A stretch of DNA of 64,000 nt, from positions 124,001 to 188,000 of the forward strand of contig NIVC01002036.1 of NCBI GenBank assembly GCA_002269645.1, given 5' to 3'. Below the pieces are notes generated by a model. The model searched no databases and was not told the DNA's origin. It saw only the letters and a list, made by a program, of their open reading frames with translations. This document shows, in pieces, positions 12,801 to 24,629 of this stretch (its first letter is position 1; each line of letters opens with the position of its first letter). The DNA comes from Macrostomum lignano. Its lineage: Eukaryota. Both the position numbers and the translations under genes were made by a program.

Positions 12801-15800
12801 CGATATTCGAATCTTTAATCCCCATTGCTAATCCAATTGATATTCGAATCGTTAATCCAAATCGCTAATCCAATCGATATTCGAATCTTTAATCCCCATT
12901 GCTAATCCAATCGATATTCGAATCTTTAATCCCCATTGCTAATCCAATCGATATTCGAATCTTTAATCCCCATTTCTAATCCGATTGATATTCAAATCGC
13001 TAATCGAAATCGCTACTCCAATTGATGTTGAATCGCTAATCACCAATCAGATCCGGATTCCAATCGCTAATCCGGCCAGCCTTACCTGCAAATCCCTCCG
13101 CCGCAGGTCGGTCTCCAGCTGCTGTATTCTCGCGTTAGCCGCCTCCAATCGGCGCGAATTTCGCAAGTCGTCGCTCAGCGACTTTTTGAACGACGTCAGC
13201 TGACGATTGATGCCGTCAAAGACGCCCTCCTCGCCGCTGGACATCGGCTCGTAGAGGCTTCGCTTAGGAGGCCGCGGCTGCCTGTGCTGCTGCTGCTGCG
13301 AGTGCCGAGCAGAGCGGCCAGCCCTGGCCGAAGGTCCCGGCGGCGGCAGGCTTGTCGGCCGTCTCGGCATCGGCGCCGACTTTGAAAACGACGAGGACGC
13401 CAACGGCGGCGCCTGCTGCCGCCTGCGGCTGTCCTGCTCTGCTTGACTGTCCTTGTCGTCATCGTCGTCGTCGTCATCGGAGCTCCAGGGATTCACCGGC
13501 CGGGTCTGCGTGATGATCGACACCCGCTGCTGGTGCCGCCGATGCCCGCCGCTGCGACCAGCACTGGCAGCAGCGGCGTCGGCGACTTCGTAAACATCCT
13601 CGGCGTTCTCGTCGAAGTCGTCTTCGTACTGAGCATCCGCCGCCGCAGAATCTTCAGCTTCGTCCAGCTGGTGGTCATCGCCGCCTCGCGACTGTCGAAC
13701 TGCCAGCATGTCGGGATGCCTGGCCTGGCGCTGCTGAATCTGCCGCTGCCGCTGCCTCAGAATCAGCTCGGCCTCCGTTGGCAGACGGATTTGCTCCGAT
13801 GGCCGCTGCTGCTTTTTCAACAATTTCCCGCGCTGCTTTGCGTTCGCCTCTGGCCGCCTGGCAGCTGTTGCTTGGCTGGCCTGGAAAATATGTGTATTTA
13901 TTTACTATGCAATATTGAATCTGAACAATGGCAGCCCTGATATATACAGTGACGGGGCGGGAGCTCAATAAGGGAGGAGGGAGGGAGAGAGTGGGGGGGG
14001 GAGAGACGAAGATTGGCAGTTAGAGGAACGGGGAGCTGGGCAAGATTTCTCATCCATTGTTGCAGCTCATTGAGTTGGTTGGTTGCCAATGCACTACCAG
14101 ATGGGTGCGCTGAACGCTCGGATGGAGATGCTTCCATTTGGCTTCTTTAAAATACAATACGCCTCACTCTCCTGCCCCTCACCAGCAGCTCTTCTTCTAG
14201 GAGAAGTGGTCCACTTGGGGTCTTTGCTTTTACAATCGCAGCTTAGGTGACGCGGTGCTACTTTAGCACTTTTAGCGCAGCGAATTTTTGCAACTCCACC
14301 AGCCCTCCGTGATTGGAAATGAATAGCGGCCAAATTAATGTAACGGATTCTGTTGAGATCACGCTGACAGCGGCTTAAAATTTGGCGCGAATGTGACTTG
14401 GGATTTCTCAGCTGTGGCATTGGGAGGTGTCAGTATTAATTGTAAGCAGGGACAGGTGAAAATACAGGTAGAATGAGGTGCAGACAGATATAATTGGCGT
14501 AGGCAGATAGAATGAGGGGCAGACAGATAAAATGAGGGGCAGAAAGATAGAATGAGGGGCAGACAGATAAAATGAGGGGCAGAAAGATAGAATGAGGGGC
14601 AGACAGATAAAATGAGGGGCAGAAAGATAGAATGAGGGGCAGACAGAGAGAATGAGGGGCAGACAGATAGAACGGGGGCAGACAGATAGAACGGGGGCAG
14701 ACAGACAGATTGAGGGGCAGACAGATAGAACGGGGGCAGACAGATAGAACGGGGGCAGAAAGATAGAATGAGGGGCAGACAGAGAGAATGAGGGGCAGAC
14801 AGATAGAATGGGGGGCAGACAGATAGAATGGGGGCAGACAGATAGAATGGGGGGCAGACAGATAGAATGGGAGGCAGACAGATAGAATGGGGGCAGACAG
14901 ATAGAATGGGGGGCAGACAGATAGAATGGGAGGCAGACAGATAGAATGGGGGCGACCTCGAGGGAGACAGAAGCCGTAACAGAAGCAGCTCAGCAGGAGG
15001 CTTTGCAACTGAGGGACAGCTACAGAAAAAGATTTAAGCCGTAACAAAACGGAATTTTCTATGCACAGCAACAAGCTGTCAATCACAGTGCAATACTTGC
15101 ACCTGTTCATTCTCACAAGCAGGTAATGTCAGATTCCAGCAAATTTCTCATCAATGACTCACCGCACGTCTGACGGGTCTCAAATCCTTAGAAGACCACT
15201 GTTGCTCCTCAGGATAGGCTTCCTGTTGCCAAGGCAACCGCTGGCTTTGCCAATTAGGAGCCTGGCCTGTCAGGTCAGTATCGATATCTTCGTCTGACAG
15301 TTCGCCAGCAAATTGTAGCTGCTCAGCGCTGCTCAGCCTCGGCTGGCGAACTCTTAAAGGCGATTCTCCTGCCTATGTGAATAGGAAGGGTTCTCAGATT
15401 CAGTCAAATTTGATGATGAAGACAATAATATTTGACTGCTCAATGCTATATTTTTATTACTCTTGCATGCACACACGCGCACAAGTCTTGCTTACTAATA
15501 AGAATTATGTTTGCATTGCCCCGAGTATTTATGCCTGACAGCGGGGCAGGACACACTGAATGACAGGGGCTGGTTACACACACAAGCACAGAGGTTCGCA
15601 GCGGAATGAATACCAAGAGTTCGAATAACGCTACCCCTCCAGTACCCCAACCCTCCTCTCCCCCATCTCAGACTCTAACCAGCCTCTCTCTCCCATCCAA
15701 TTTGCTGCATTTGAATTGCAAAACTGCGCACAGTCTGGCGCACACCTGCCGCAGAGATGGCAAGAGCAGGGCAGCCAGGGTAGACTGCAGGCACCAAGGG

Positions 15801-16932
15801 TCAACGGAGAGAGCAGTTGAAAATTCTTGTCTAAACAGAATAAAACCTACAAAGAGGCTGAGCTACTACAATACAACTGTGATGAACTTGCTCAGAATAT
15901 TGGAATGCACAAACAGGCCCGGTCCCTAGCAGGTATGTTTGACTGAATACGCAACTAATTAGTGTTATTTCACAAGATGGCCATCTCAGGCGCAAATCTA
16001 GCTTTCTGAGCACGGCTGCTCTCTTAGCCAGAGAGAATAATACTGATGATGAAGCTTCTTCTTTTACCTATCCTAAGACTGATCCAGCATCACTCAGAGA
16101 GGCGTTTGCGAGGCGACAATAACAAAAATAATGACACAATGACAAAATAATGAAAGCAATTAGGAAATGATGAAGCCTAACTGTCCTGGCACTGGAATTT
16201 ATCAATTTAGCAAGTTAGATTTCGTGACAAGTGTTCGGTCTGTCTGTCTGCCTGTCAGGAAGTCTTAGTGTCTGTCTGTCTGCCTGTCAGGATGTCTTAG
16301 TGTCTGTCTGTCTGCCTATCAGGATGTCTTAGTGTCTGTCTGTCTGCCTGTCAGGATGTCTTAGTGTCTGTCTGTCTGCCTGTCAGGATGTTTTAGTGTC
16401 TTAGTGTCTGCCTGTCAGGATGTCTTAGTGTCTTAGTGTCTGCCTGTCAGGATGTCTTAGTGTCTTAGTGTCTGTCTGTCTGTCTTAGTGTCTGTCTGTC
16501 TGTCTTAGTGTCTGTCTGTCTGCCTGTCAGGATGTCTTAGTGTCTTTCTGTCTGCCTGTCAGGATGTCTTAGTGTCTTTCTGTCTGCTTGTCAGGATGTC
16601 TGTTTGTCTGTCTTAGTGTCTGTCTGTCTGTCTTAGTGTCTGTCTGTCTGTCTGTCTGCCTGTCAGGATGTCTTAGTGTCTTTCTGTCTGCCTGTCAGGA
16701 TGTCTGTCTGTCTGTCTGCCTGTCCTAGTGTTTGTCTGTCTGCCTGCCTGTCCTAGTGTCTGTCTGTCTGCCTGCCTGTCCTAGTGTTTGTCTGTCTGCC
16801 TGCCTGTCCTAGTGTCTGTCTGTCTGCCTGTCCTAGTGTCTGTCTGTCTGCCTGTCTCCCTGTCTGCCTGTCCTAGTGTCTGTCTGTCTCCCTGTCTCCC
16901 TGTCTGCCTGTCCTAGTGTCTGCCTGTCCTAG

Positions 16933-16972
<40 letters not shown>

Positions 16973-19900
16973 AAGACCTGTCCACCCACCAGGTTGAGCA
17001 GCGAGTCGCCCTGTCCAGAGTCGTCCGGTCCCTCCTCGTCGCCGGACGCTCCGTCCCGTCCTCCCCTGTCGAATCTTCTCCGCTCGTAGACGTCGAAGCT
17101 GGCAGCATTAGCGGCGGCCGAGGCAGATGAAGGCAGGGCGGACAGGACGTCCGTATCCTCGGACTCGGCCAGCAGTCTCTGGAACACAGGCCCGATACAT
17201 GTGTGCGCATCTGCATGACCAAAGTGAATTTGACCCGAAAAGACCCCGGCAGCAGGTCTCACCCCGGCAGTGAGGGGAGTCACGGGTGTCACAGGGGTGG
17301 TCGCGGCAGTCCTCATGGCGCTGTTCCGCACGGCTCTGCGCAGACGGTTGAGAGCTTGGCCCAAGCTGTCGTTGCCAAATGCGCTGCTAGGAGCGGCCTG
17401 AAGCAAGCGGACAAGCAGGGTTTTAAATGTGGCGTGCAGCTGTTGGTAGAATTAGCAAGCAATTTAGTTGACAATTAGCTACAGGCATGAATAATTCATG
17501 AAGGTGCTGCATAGTTTAATTGGCTACATTTTCTACGAATAAGACCAATCGTAAATTACAACTCGAATATAGGCTTTTTGGCGCAAAGGATTCACTTCTC
17601 TTGCAAAATGTCTGTAAATTAAAAAAACTGCTGAATTAGCAAACGCTCTCGATAGCAAACAGAGGGGAGAGGCTTCCCAAAGACAATGGAAGGGGAGGGG
17701 GTGAGATGGGAGTGGGTGAGATGGGAGTGGATGAGATGGGAGTGGGTGAGATGGAAGTGCCGTCCGTCACTAATCTATCTGTCACCAGAAATGGGTGAGA
17801 TGGGTGTGTGTGAGAGGGGAGTGGGTGAGAGGGGAGTGGGTGAGAGAGGAGCGGGTGAGAGGGGAGTGGGTGAGAGGGGTGTGTGTGAGAGGGGAGTGGG
17901 TGAGAGAGGAGCGGGTGAGAGGGGAGTGGGTGAGAGGGGTGTGTGTGAGAGGGGAGTGGGTGAGAGGGGAGTGGGTGAGAGAGGAGCGGGTGAGAGGGGA
18001 GTGGGTGAGAGGGGAGTGGGTGAGAGAGGAGCGGGTGAGAGGGGAGTGAGAGGGGAGTGGGTGAGAGGGGTGTGTGTGAGAGGGGAGTGGGTGAGAGGGG
18101 AGTGGGTGAGAGGGGAGTGGGTGAGAGAGGAGCGGGTGAGAGGGGAGTGGGTGAGAGGGGAGTGGGTGAGAGGGGAGTGGGTGAGAGAGGAGCGGGTGAA
18201 AGGGGAGTGGGTGAGAGAGGAGCGGGTGAGAGGGGAGTGAGAGGGGAGTGGGTGAGAGGGGTGTGTGTGAGAGGGGAGTGGGTGAGAGGGGAGTGGGTGA
18301 GAGGGGAGTGGGTGAGAGGGGAGTGGGTGAGAGGGGAGTGGGTGAGAGAGGAGTGGGTGAGATGGGAGTGGGTGAGAGGGGAGTGGGTGAGAGGGGAGTG
18401 GGTGAGAGAGGAGCGGGTGAGAGAGGAGAGGGAACATGAAGTGTAACATACTACCTATTATAGACATGCATTGCAATATACGAGTATATTATATTCAATA
18501 CCAGAGTGGGAGCTGATGCCAGCTACTAGGGGACACAGCAGATTGGGCAGATGCGGCAGAAAAGGAGAGAGACTACAGAGAAATTCGAAAAGAAAGCAAA
18601 GTTCTCCAGTCCAAAGATCAAGTCGAACTCACCGCAGCCTCATCCCGAACGTCGCCATCGTCTCCGGCTGCTGAGTCGCCGCCCTCAGCCAGCCAGTCCC
18701 GCAGCCGCCTGTCAATCTCAGCCGCGGCAGCAGCGGCAGCCGCAGGCGCCTCAGCCGCCGCCGCCGATTCCAGCTGAGCCGCCCGCTGCTCGGCCGCGGC
18801 CCGGCTGGCCGATTCGTCGGCGAGAGCTCGGCGAAGGCTGGCGCACTCGTTCTGGCGCTGCTCGAGCTGCCTGGAGAGCATGGAATGGGAGGGGGGCAAC
18901 CCACAGCTCAGCCTGGCATAGCAACAGGTGAAAGCGAATGCAAAATCTAGCGGTAAGTTTATTCAGAAACATAAATCAATGGCTATCATGAATAATCCGA
19001 TACTTTTATCGTTGTTATTAATAAAACATCATTGGGAACTGCTGCATTTCAATTTGACACATCTGTTCATCCAACCACCTGTGTATTTATCTGATCTGTC
19101 TCAAGCATCAACCCATCAACCTATCAATCAATCAATCAACCCATGGATCAATCATCAACCCATCAACTTATCAATCAATCAACCCATGGATCAATCATCA
19201 ACCCATCAACCTATCAATCAATCAGCTCATGGATCAATTATCAACCCATCAACCTATCAATCAATCAACCCATGGATCAATCATCAACCCATCAACCTAT
19301 CGATCAATCAACTCAGCTCACCCATAAACGCGTCAATCACTCACCAGCCCGTCAAACTACCTAAGCATCAGCCACCCACCTGCCCAGCTGGCGGATCTCC
19401 TGGCCGGTGAGCGCCAGCCGCTTGTCCTCAGCCGACTGCGCCCGCTCCCTGGCCAGCTCCTCGCCGAGGCGGCGGCACTGCCGCTCCGACGCGTCCAGCT
19501 GTGCGCGCAACTGCCGCTGCGAGCCGGCCGCCTCCGCCTCGGCCTGCCGGGCTGCCCTCAGCCGGGCCTCCGCCGCCGCCGCGTCCTCGCGCAGCACCGC
19601 CAGGGTGGCGTCGGCCCGGTCCAGCTGGTCCCGACGCTGCGCCAGTCGGCGGTCCAGCGCGCCCAGCACTCGCTGCCGATAGTCCAGGAGCTGCGGCGAG
19701 GCAGCCAGCGGACTGCGCGCCGGCTGCAGCAGTTCGTCGCCGCCCAGTCCGGCGGGTGTCGACAGCTCGTGCTGGCTGGCCGCCAGTCGGGGCGGGCTGA
19801 ACCGCACGGACGCCACTGTTGCAGCAGCAGCCGCCGCCGCAGCGATGTACCGCGCCTTGCCTACGTAGGGGCTCTCGCCGGTGGCGCCTGCGCCAGTCTC

Positions 19901-22900
19901 TGCGGCGTCGTCCTGAATGGCGCGAGGATAAGAGAGTGTCGCATTAGGCCATTCAGTGCCACACTGAGCACATCAGGCACAGCAATGCCACATCAGGCAC
20001 AGCAATGCCACATCAGGCACAGCAATGCCACATCAGGCACAGCAATGCCACATCAGGCACAGCAATGCCACATCAGGCACAGCAATGCCACATCAGGCAG
20101 GCACAGCAATGCCACATCAGGCACAGCAATGCCACATCAGGCACAGCAATGCCACATCAGGCACAGCAATGCCACATCAGGCACAGCAATGCCACATCAG
20201 GCACAGCAATGCCACATCAGGCACAGCAATGCCACATCAGGCACTCACCGATTCAAGAAGACCCTGGCGGCTTTCCCAGGGCGCTGAATTTCTCGTCCAT
20301 CTTGTAAAAGACCAGCTCCTGCTCCAGTTCGTAATGCTTTCTAGACGCTTTGGCCAATTCTTCTGTCTTCTTTTGCAGCTGAAGCAGAAGACCAAGAAAT
20401 TCAATAAGATTTTGTGAGAGGGAAAAACAAAACTATGAATGAAAAATTAGTTTGCAAATAGATTCAGGTTTCTGTTCCATCTTCACAAAAAGCACTGATA
20501 ATCTGCAGGATGGGCAAAGCGGAGTTCAAGCTAATAAACATAAACAATAAACAATAAACATAAAGAGTTTAAATATTTTTATTAAACAATAACGCCAAAA
20601 CTAGAACTGCGTTTGCCCGTCGTGCAAGCGTGCGATTTGCAGACATCGCGATTTTCTTCATCATTATTAGTCTTTCTGCATAGAGATCTGCGGCAGACAG
20701 GCGTGCTTGGACCTCGGGTCCTACAGTGCTGGCCGCTGCTACCCTCGGGTCCTACAGTGCTGGCCGCTGCTACCCTCGGGTCCTACAGTGCTGGCCGCTG
20801 CTACCCTCCGGTCCTACAGTGTGGGCCGCTGCTACCCTCCAGTCCTACGGTGTGGGCCGCTGCTACCCTCGGGTCCTACAGTGCTGGCCGCTGCTACCCT
20901 CGGGTCCTACAGTGCTGGCCGCTGCTACCCTCGGGTCCTACAGTGCTGGCCGCTGCTACCCTCGGGTCCTACAGTGCTGGCCGCTGCTACCCTCGGGTTC
21001 TACAGTGCTGGCCGCTGCTACCCTCGGGTCCTACAGTGCTGGCCACTGCTACCCTCGGGTTCTACAGTGCTGGCCGCTGCTACCCTCGGGTTCTACAGTG
21101 CTGGCCGCTGCTACCCTCGGGTCCTACAGTGCTGGCCGCTGCTACCCTCGGGTCCTACAGTGCTGGCCGCTGCTACCCTCGGGTCCTACAGTGCTGGCTG
21201 CTGCTACCCTCGGGTTCTACAGTGCTGGCCGCTGCTACCCTCGGGTTCTACAGTGCTGGCCGCTGCTACCCTCGGGTCCTACAGTGCGGGCCGCTGCTAC
21301 CCTCGGGTCCTACAGTGCAATTAAAACGCACCAGGCCATCCTTGAGCCGCAGTTGCTGCAGCAGTTCCTCCCGCTCCTGCTCCCCTTCAGCTTGCTGCTC
21401 CAAAGCCGCGTCCACCTGTTCGCTCAACGCGCCAACCTCCTCCTCGTAGGTGAGCAGCTGAGCTCGGAGCTCGTCAGCTGAGAACTCGGCCTCTTCTAGT
21501 TGAGCCCGAAGCCGGTCGGCCTCGTCCTGCCGGAATCTGGTGTCGGCGTCGGCACGTTCGGCCGGCGAAACTGGACGGCCGTCGAGCTTGGCGAGGCCAG
21601 GCAGGCAAAACAGGATGTAGGGCCGGCTGTGCTCCAAGCTGCTGAGGGGGTTGCCAGCCAGGCTCAGGGTGGCCAGGTTAGCCAACGGGCGCAGCTTGGC
21701 GGTTTCGGACAGCTGCGGGCCAAATTTTTGTTTAGGGTGAATGGCAAGAATAATATGGCTGTAATTACAAGGGCAAATGCCTCGTCATCTAATTAGCGCA
21801 TAGTTTCCTATCAGTAAAAATGATTGTCGGTCATATTTTAGCCTCGAGACAAGTCGAGAGCGGTTCAGATACTTTTATCGTTTATCATGGCATCATGAAT
21901 TTGCACTGGCGCCTGGAGCTGGAATTCTTACCTACAACTGCCCGAATCTTATAGAGACGAAATTCTCTAACATATAAATCAGAAATTGCTCCATAAGTTG
22001 AAGTTGAATTGAAATCTTAACATAAAAAAATGTTCAGAAGCGGCACTCACAGAGTCAATCTGGTTGTCGCTCAGCAGCAGAGTCCGCAGGCACTTAAGCC
22101 GGCGTCCCAGAGCGGCTGGCAGGCTGCCAATCAGATTTCCCGACAGGTTCAGCACCTGCAGCTGGGTCAGCGATTCCAAACAGTCAATTCGAGCGATGCG
22201 ATTGTGAGACAGGTTCAACTCGCGCAAACGGGTCAGCTTCTCCAGGTGCTCCATCTTCTCAATGATGTTGTAGCTCAGGTTTAGCGATTGAAGATTTTTC
22301 AGTCTGTCCAGATTCTCGATAAACTGCGTGTATATACAAGCCATCCATATGCCTAGTAGGTTAACTGTCTGCCTACCCATCTTGTTTACATTCCTACCCA
22401 TGTAGATAGATATCCATCTGCATGCCTACTTATCCATCTGCACTTATCCATCTGCATGCCTACTTATCCATCTGCATGCCTTACTTATCCATCTGCACTT
22501 ATCCATCTGCATGCCTACTTATCCATCTGCATGCCTTACTTATCCATCTGCACTTATCCATCTGCATGCCTACTTATCCATCTGCACTTATCCATCTACA
22601 TGCCTACTTATCCATCTGCATGCCTACTTATCCATCTGCACTTATCCATCTGCATGCCTACTTATCCATCTGCACTTATCCATCTGCATGCCTACTTATC
22701 CATCTGCACTTATCCATCTACATGCCTACTTATCCATCTGCATGCCTACTTATCCATCTGCATGCCTGCTTATCCATCTGCATGCCTGCTTATCCATCTG
22801 CAAGCCTACTTATCCATCTGCATGCCTACCCATCCATCTTCATGCCTACCTAACCTTCCTGCCTACCCATCTATCTTCCTGCCTACCCATCTATCTTCAT

Positions 22901-24629
22901 GCCTACCCATCTATCTTCCTGCCTACCCATCTATCTTCCTGCCTACCCATCTATCTTCCTGCCTACCCATCTATCTTCCTGCCTACCCATCTATCTGCAT
23001 GCCTACCCATCTATCTTCCTGCCTACCCATCTATCTGCATGCCTACCCATCTATCTGCATGCCTACCCATCTATCTGCATGCCTACCCATCTATCTGCAT
23101 GCCTACCCATCTATCTGCATGCCTACCCATCTATCTGCATGCCTACCCATCTATCTGCATGCCTACCCATCTATCTTCATGCCTATCCATCTACCTTCCT
23201 GCCTACCCATCTATCTGCATGCCTACCCATCTATCTGCATGCCTACCTATCTATCTGCATGCCTACCCATCTATCTTCATGCCTACCCATCTATCTTCAT
23301 GCCTATCCATCTACCTTCCTGCCTACCCATCTATCTGCATGCCTACCCATCTATCTGCATGCCTACCCATCTATCTTCCTGCCTACCCATCTATCTGCAT
23401 GCCTACCCATCTATCTTCCTGCCTACCCATCTATCTGCATGCCTACCTATCTATCTGCATGCCTACCCATCTATCTTCATGCCTACCCATCTATCTTCCT
23501 GCCTACTCATCTATCTTCCTGCCTACCCATCTATCTTCATGCCTACCCATCTATCTTCATGCCTATCCATCTACCTTCCTGCCTACCCATCTATCTTCAT
23601 GCCTACCCATCTATCTAGAAGCCTACACAACTATTTACATTCCTTCTCATCTATCTTCCCGTCTATCTGCCTACCAATCCATCTATCTGCATTATTATCC
23701 ACCTGTCTACATGCCGACTCATCTATCTACATGCCAATCTATCTATTAATCTAGATGCTTATTTGTCCATGCAGTTGCTCAGAATAAACACCAAAACGCA
23801 CCCGAATTTTGCGCTCGTCACTCCTGCCAGACAGGTTAACGGCGGTCACGGTGACCGGATCCTGCTGCCTGGCAACCCGAAGCACCAGAGCATCGGTGAT
23901 GTAGCGAACACCAACACCAGCTGATAACTTCTGCTGCTGTTCTTGCATCGCAGCGCTTGTGGGCGTCTCTTGGTGGCTTTCTAGAATTAGTTTAGAACAG
24001 ATTTAGTGTGTGGAAAATGGTGCATGGGTTTTACTCCAAGGTAGAGAGTAGAGTCCGACTCGGAATACAGAAAGTTTTTTTTCTATATTTCTGTAAATTT
24101 TAGCACAAAAAAGCAGAACATCATGTAGAAACATTAATTCGATTGCACCCATTTGTCCCACAGTCAAAAAATAATTATACTGTACTTTTGAACTGTAACT
24201 CTTCACTGTCTTGTAGCTGGATGTCTATAGCCAAAAAAGCTACAAATGTAAGCTTGGTTAGATTCCAAACCATTTCGAGTGATGTCTATTAGACAAGAAC
24301 TTTGAGACTACATGAAGATATTTCAAAATTTCAACAGGTTAGGATACTAGACTTTAATTTAAAGTGCAAAATATACATTAGAATTTTATTAGCGCTACAT
24401 TAGTTTAACTAAATTATGCTTTTTCAAGTACTTGGACTACTTCAGTGTATATTAACACTAATAAAAAAACAATAGCCCCCCACTTTATTGGCATTACTAT
24501 TACAAAAAATTTTACCATAAGCTTACCATCAGAAGCAAAGTCACCCTGAGCAGAGGATGATGCAGGTTCAGCGCTGGTTTGCTCAGCAACTCTTCTTGGT
24601 GAGCACTGTGGAACTCTTGATTGACTCAT
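872..24629 (-). CDS. CNTRL: Centriolin (CEP110/CEP1): N-terminal leucine-rich repeats followed by long coiled coils; 22 exons, about 2256 aa if one extra base in exon 5 is removed
   Basis: Motifs matching remembered centriolin sequence: [66 protein letters not shown]. Exons with GT/AG ends (5'->3'): 24629-24527, 23980-23802, 22323-22051, 21712-21332, 20378-20249, 19912-19380, 18870-18633, 17397-16990, 15372-15163, 13880-13086, 12452-11964, 11136-10730, 10402-9959, 9249-9123, 8815-8534, 6485-6182, 5621-5404, 4934-4788, 4699-4380, 3830-3611, 2587-2447, 1294-872. All phases are compatible except exon 5. AATAAA on the minus strand at 560-565. Confidence 0.92.
1366..2230. repeat. 32-bp minisatellite (ggggatctaaatgggatcagatatcccaacct), about 27 copies, CNTRL intron 21
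   Basis: Tandem units read directly from the sequence. Confidence 0.95.
2810..3558. repeat. 30/31-bp minisatellite (gacccatcatccaactggagtgatttgcat), CNTRL intron 20
   Basis: Tandem units; degenerate toward the left edge. Confidence 0.95.
3915..4335. repeat. 27-bp minisatellite (cggggcgattctccaaaggggaatccc), CNTRL intron 19
   Basis: Tandem units; 9-aa periodicity in the overlapping spurious ORFs. Confidence 0.9.
5797..6010 (+). mobile_element. tRNA-derived SINE with a CORE-like central domain, CNTRL intron 16
   Basis: A-box-like gcctagtggctacagcg (~5803), B-box GGTTCGATTC (5845-5854), then tgtgtccttgagcaagacacttaactc...cagctgtaaaatggg (5874-5935), resembling the MIR/CORE consensus (ccttgggcaagtcacttaac...ctgtaaaatggg). 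The 3' boundary is approximate. Confidence 0.75.
6525..7430. repeat. Compound minisatellite with core acaccggttctca and 29-, 27- and 23-bp unit variants, CNTRL intron 15
   Basis: Tandem units read directly. Confidence 0.95.
7885..8505. repeat. 28-bp minisatellite (ctggcccagcaactgaggatctgggagg), about 22 copies, CNTRL intron 15
   Basis: Tandem units read directly. Confidence 0.95.
8846..9075. repeat. 34-bp minisatellite (ctcggtgaccccagtgacctgattccactacaca), CNTRL intron 14
   Basis: About 6 copies, decaying rightward. Confidence 0.9.
9290..9918. repeat. 20-bp minisatellite (tcaaggtgtagggctgatac) with a 100-bp higher-order structure, CNTRL intron 13
   Basis: Units stay in 20-bp register from 9361 to 9920; the variant order recurs. 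Confidence 0.95.
10540..10700. repeat. 22-bp minisatellite (agatctggcgccacctgacagc), CNTRL intron 12
   Basis: About 7 copies. Confidence 0.9.
11769..11955. repeat. 54/55-bp tandem repeat, about 3.5 copies, CNTRL intron 11
   Basis: aagttatttacgcta starts (last copy variant) at 11769, 11823, 11878 and 11932. Confidence 0.9.
12690..13070. repeat. 37-bp AT-rich minisatellite (aatcgatattcgaatctttaatccccattgctaatcc), CNTRL intron 10
   Basis: Tandem units with degenerate edges. Confidence 0.85.
14470..14952. repeat. 19-21-bp minisatellite (gggggcagacagatagaat), CNTRL intron 9
   Basis: Tandem units read directly. Confidence 0.95.
16232..16968. repeat. (TCTG)n-derived minisatellite, CNTRL intron 8
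   Basis: Units such as gtctgtctgtctgcctgtcaggatgtcttagt, ending in pure (tctg)n next to the donor. Confidence 0.95.
17695..18430. repeat. 15-bp G-rich minisatellite (gagaggggagtgggt), CNTRL intron 7
   Basis: Tandem units; alternating GGGG/GGG runs on the plus strand. Confidence 0.95.
19100..19320. repeat. About 43-bp (ATCA-rich) tandem repeat, CNTRL intron 6
   Basis: atcaacccatcaacctatcaatcaatcaacccatggatcaatc repeated about 5 times. Confidence 0.85.
19970..20243. repeat. 20-bp minisatellite (gcacagcaatgccacatcag), CNTRL intron 5, abutting the donor site
   Basis: About 13 near-perfect copies. Confidence 0.95.
20708..21318. repeat. 31-bp minisatellite (cctcgggtcctacagtgctggccgctgctac), CNTRL intron 4
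   Basis: About 19 copies. Confidence 0.95.
22405..23740. repeat. Two related 20-bp minisatellite blocks (atccatctgcatgcctactt, then gcctacccatctatctgcat), CNTRL intron 2
   Basis: Unit switch near 22830. Confidence 0.95.

Noticed and set aside
13898-14420. ORFs in centriolin intron 9 as additional exons
   Set aside because: The flanking exons already join in phase 0. Including this segment needs an implausibly short second intron, and it has no recognisable motif.
1366-23740. Repeat arrays as CRISPR arrays
   Set aside because: Units are contiguous with no unique spacers, there are no cas genes, and the context is eukaryotic.
1366-23754. Long periodic ORFs in the track (e.g. 22456-23754, 20613-21449, 17775-18476, 8032-8430, 6768-7229, 31511-32036)
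   Set aside because: They are translations of tandem repeats, open in several frames at once, and lie inside introns or MITEs.
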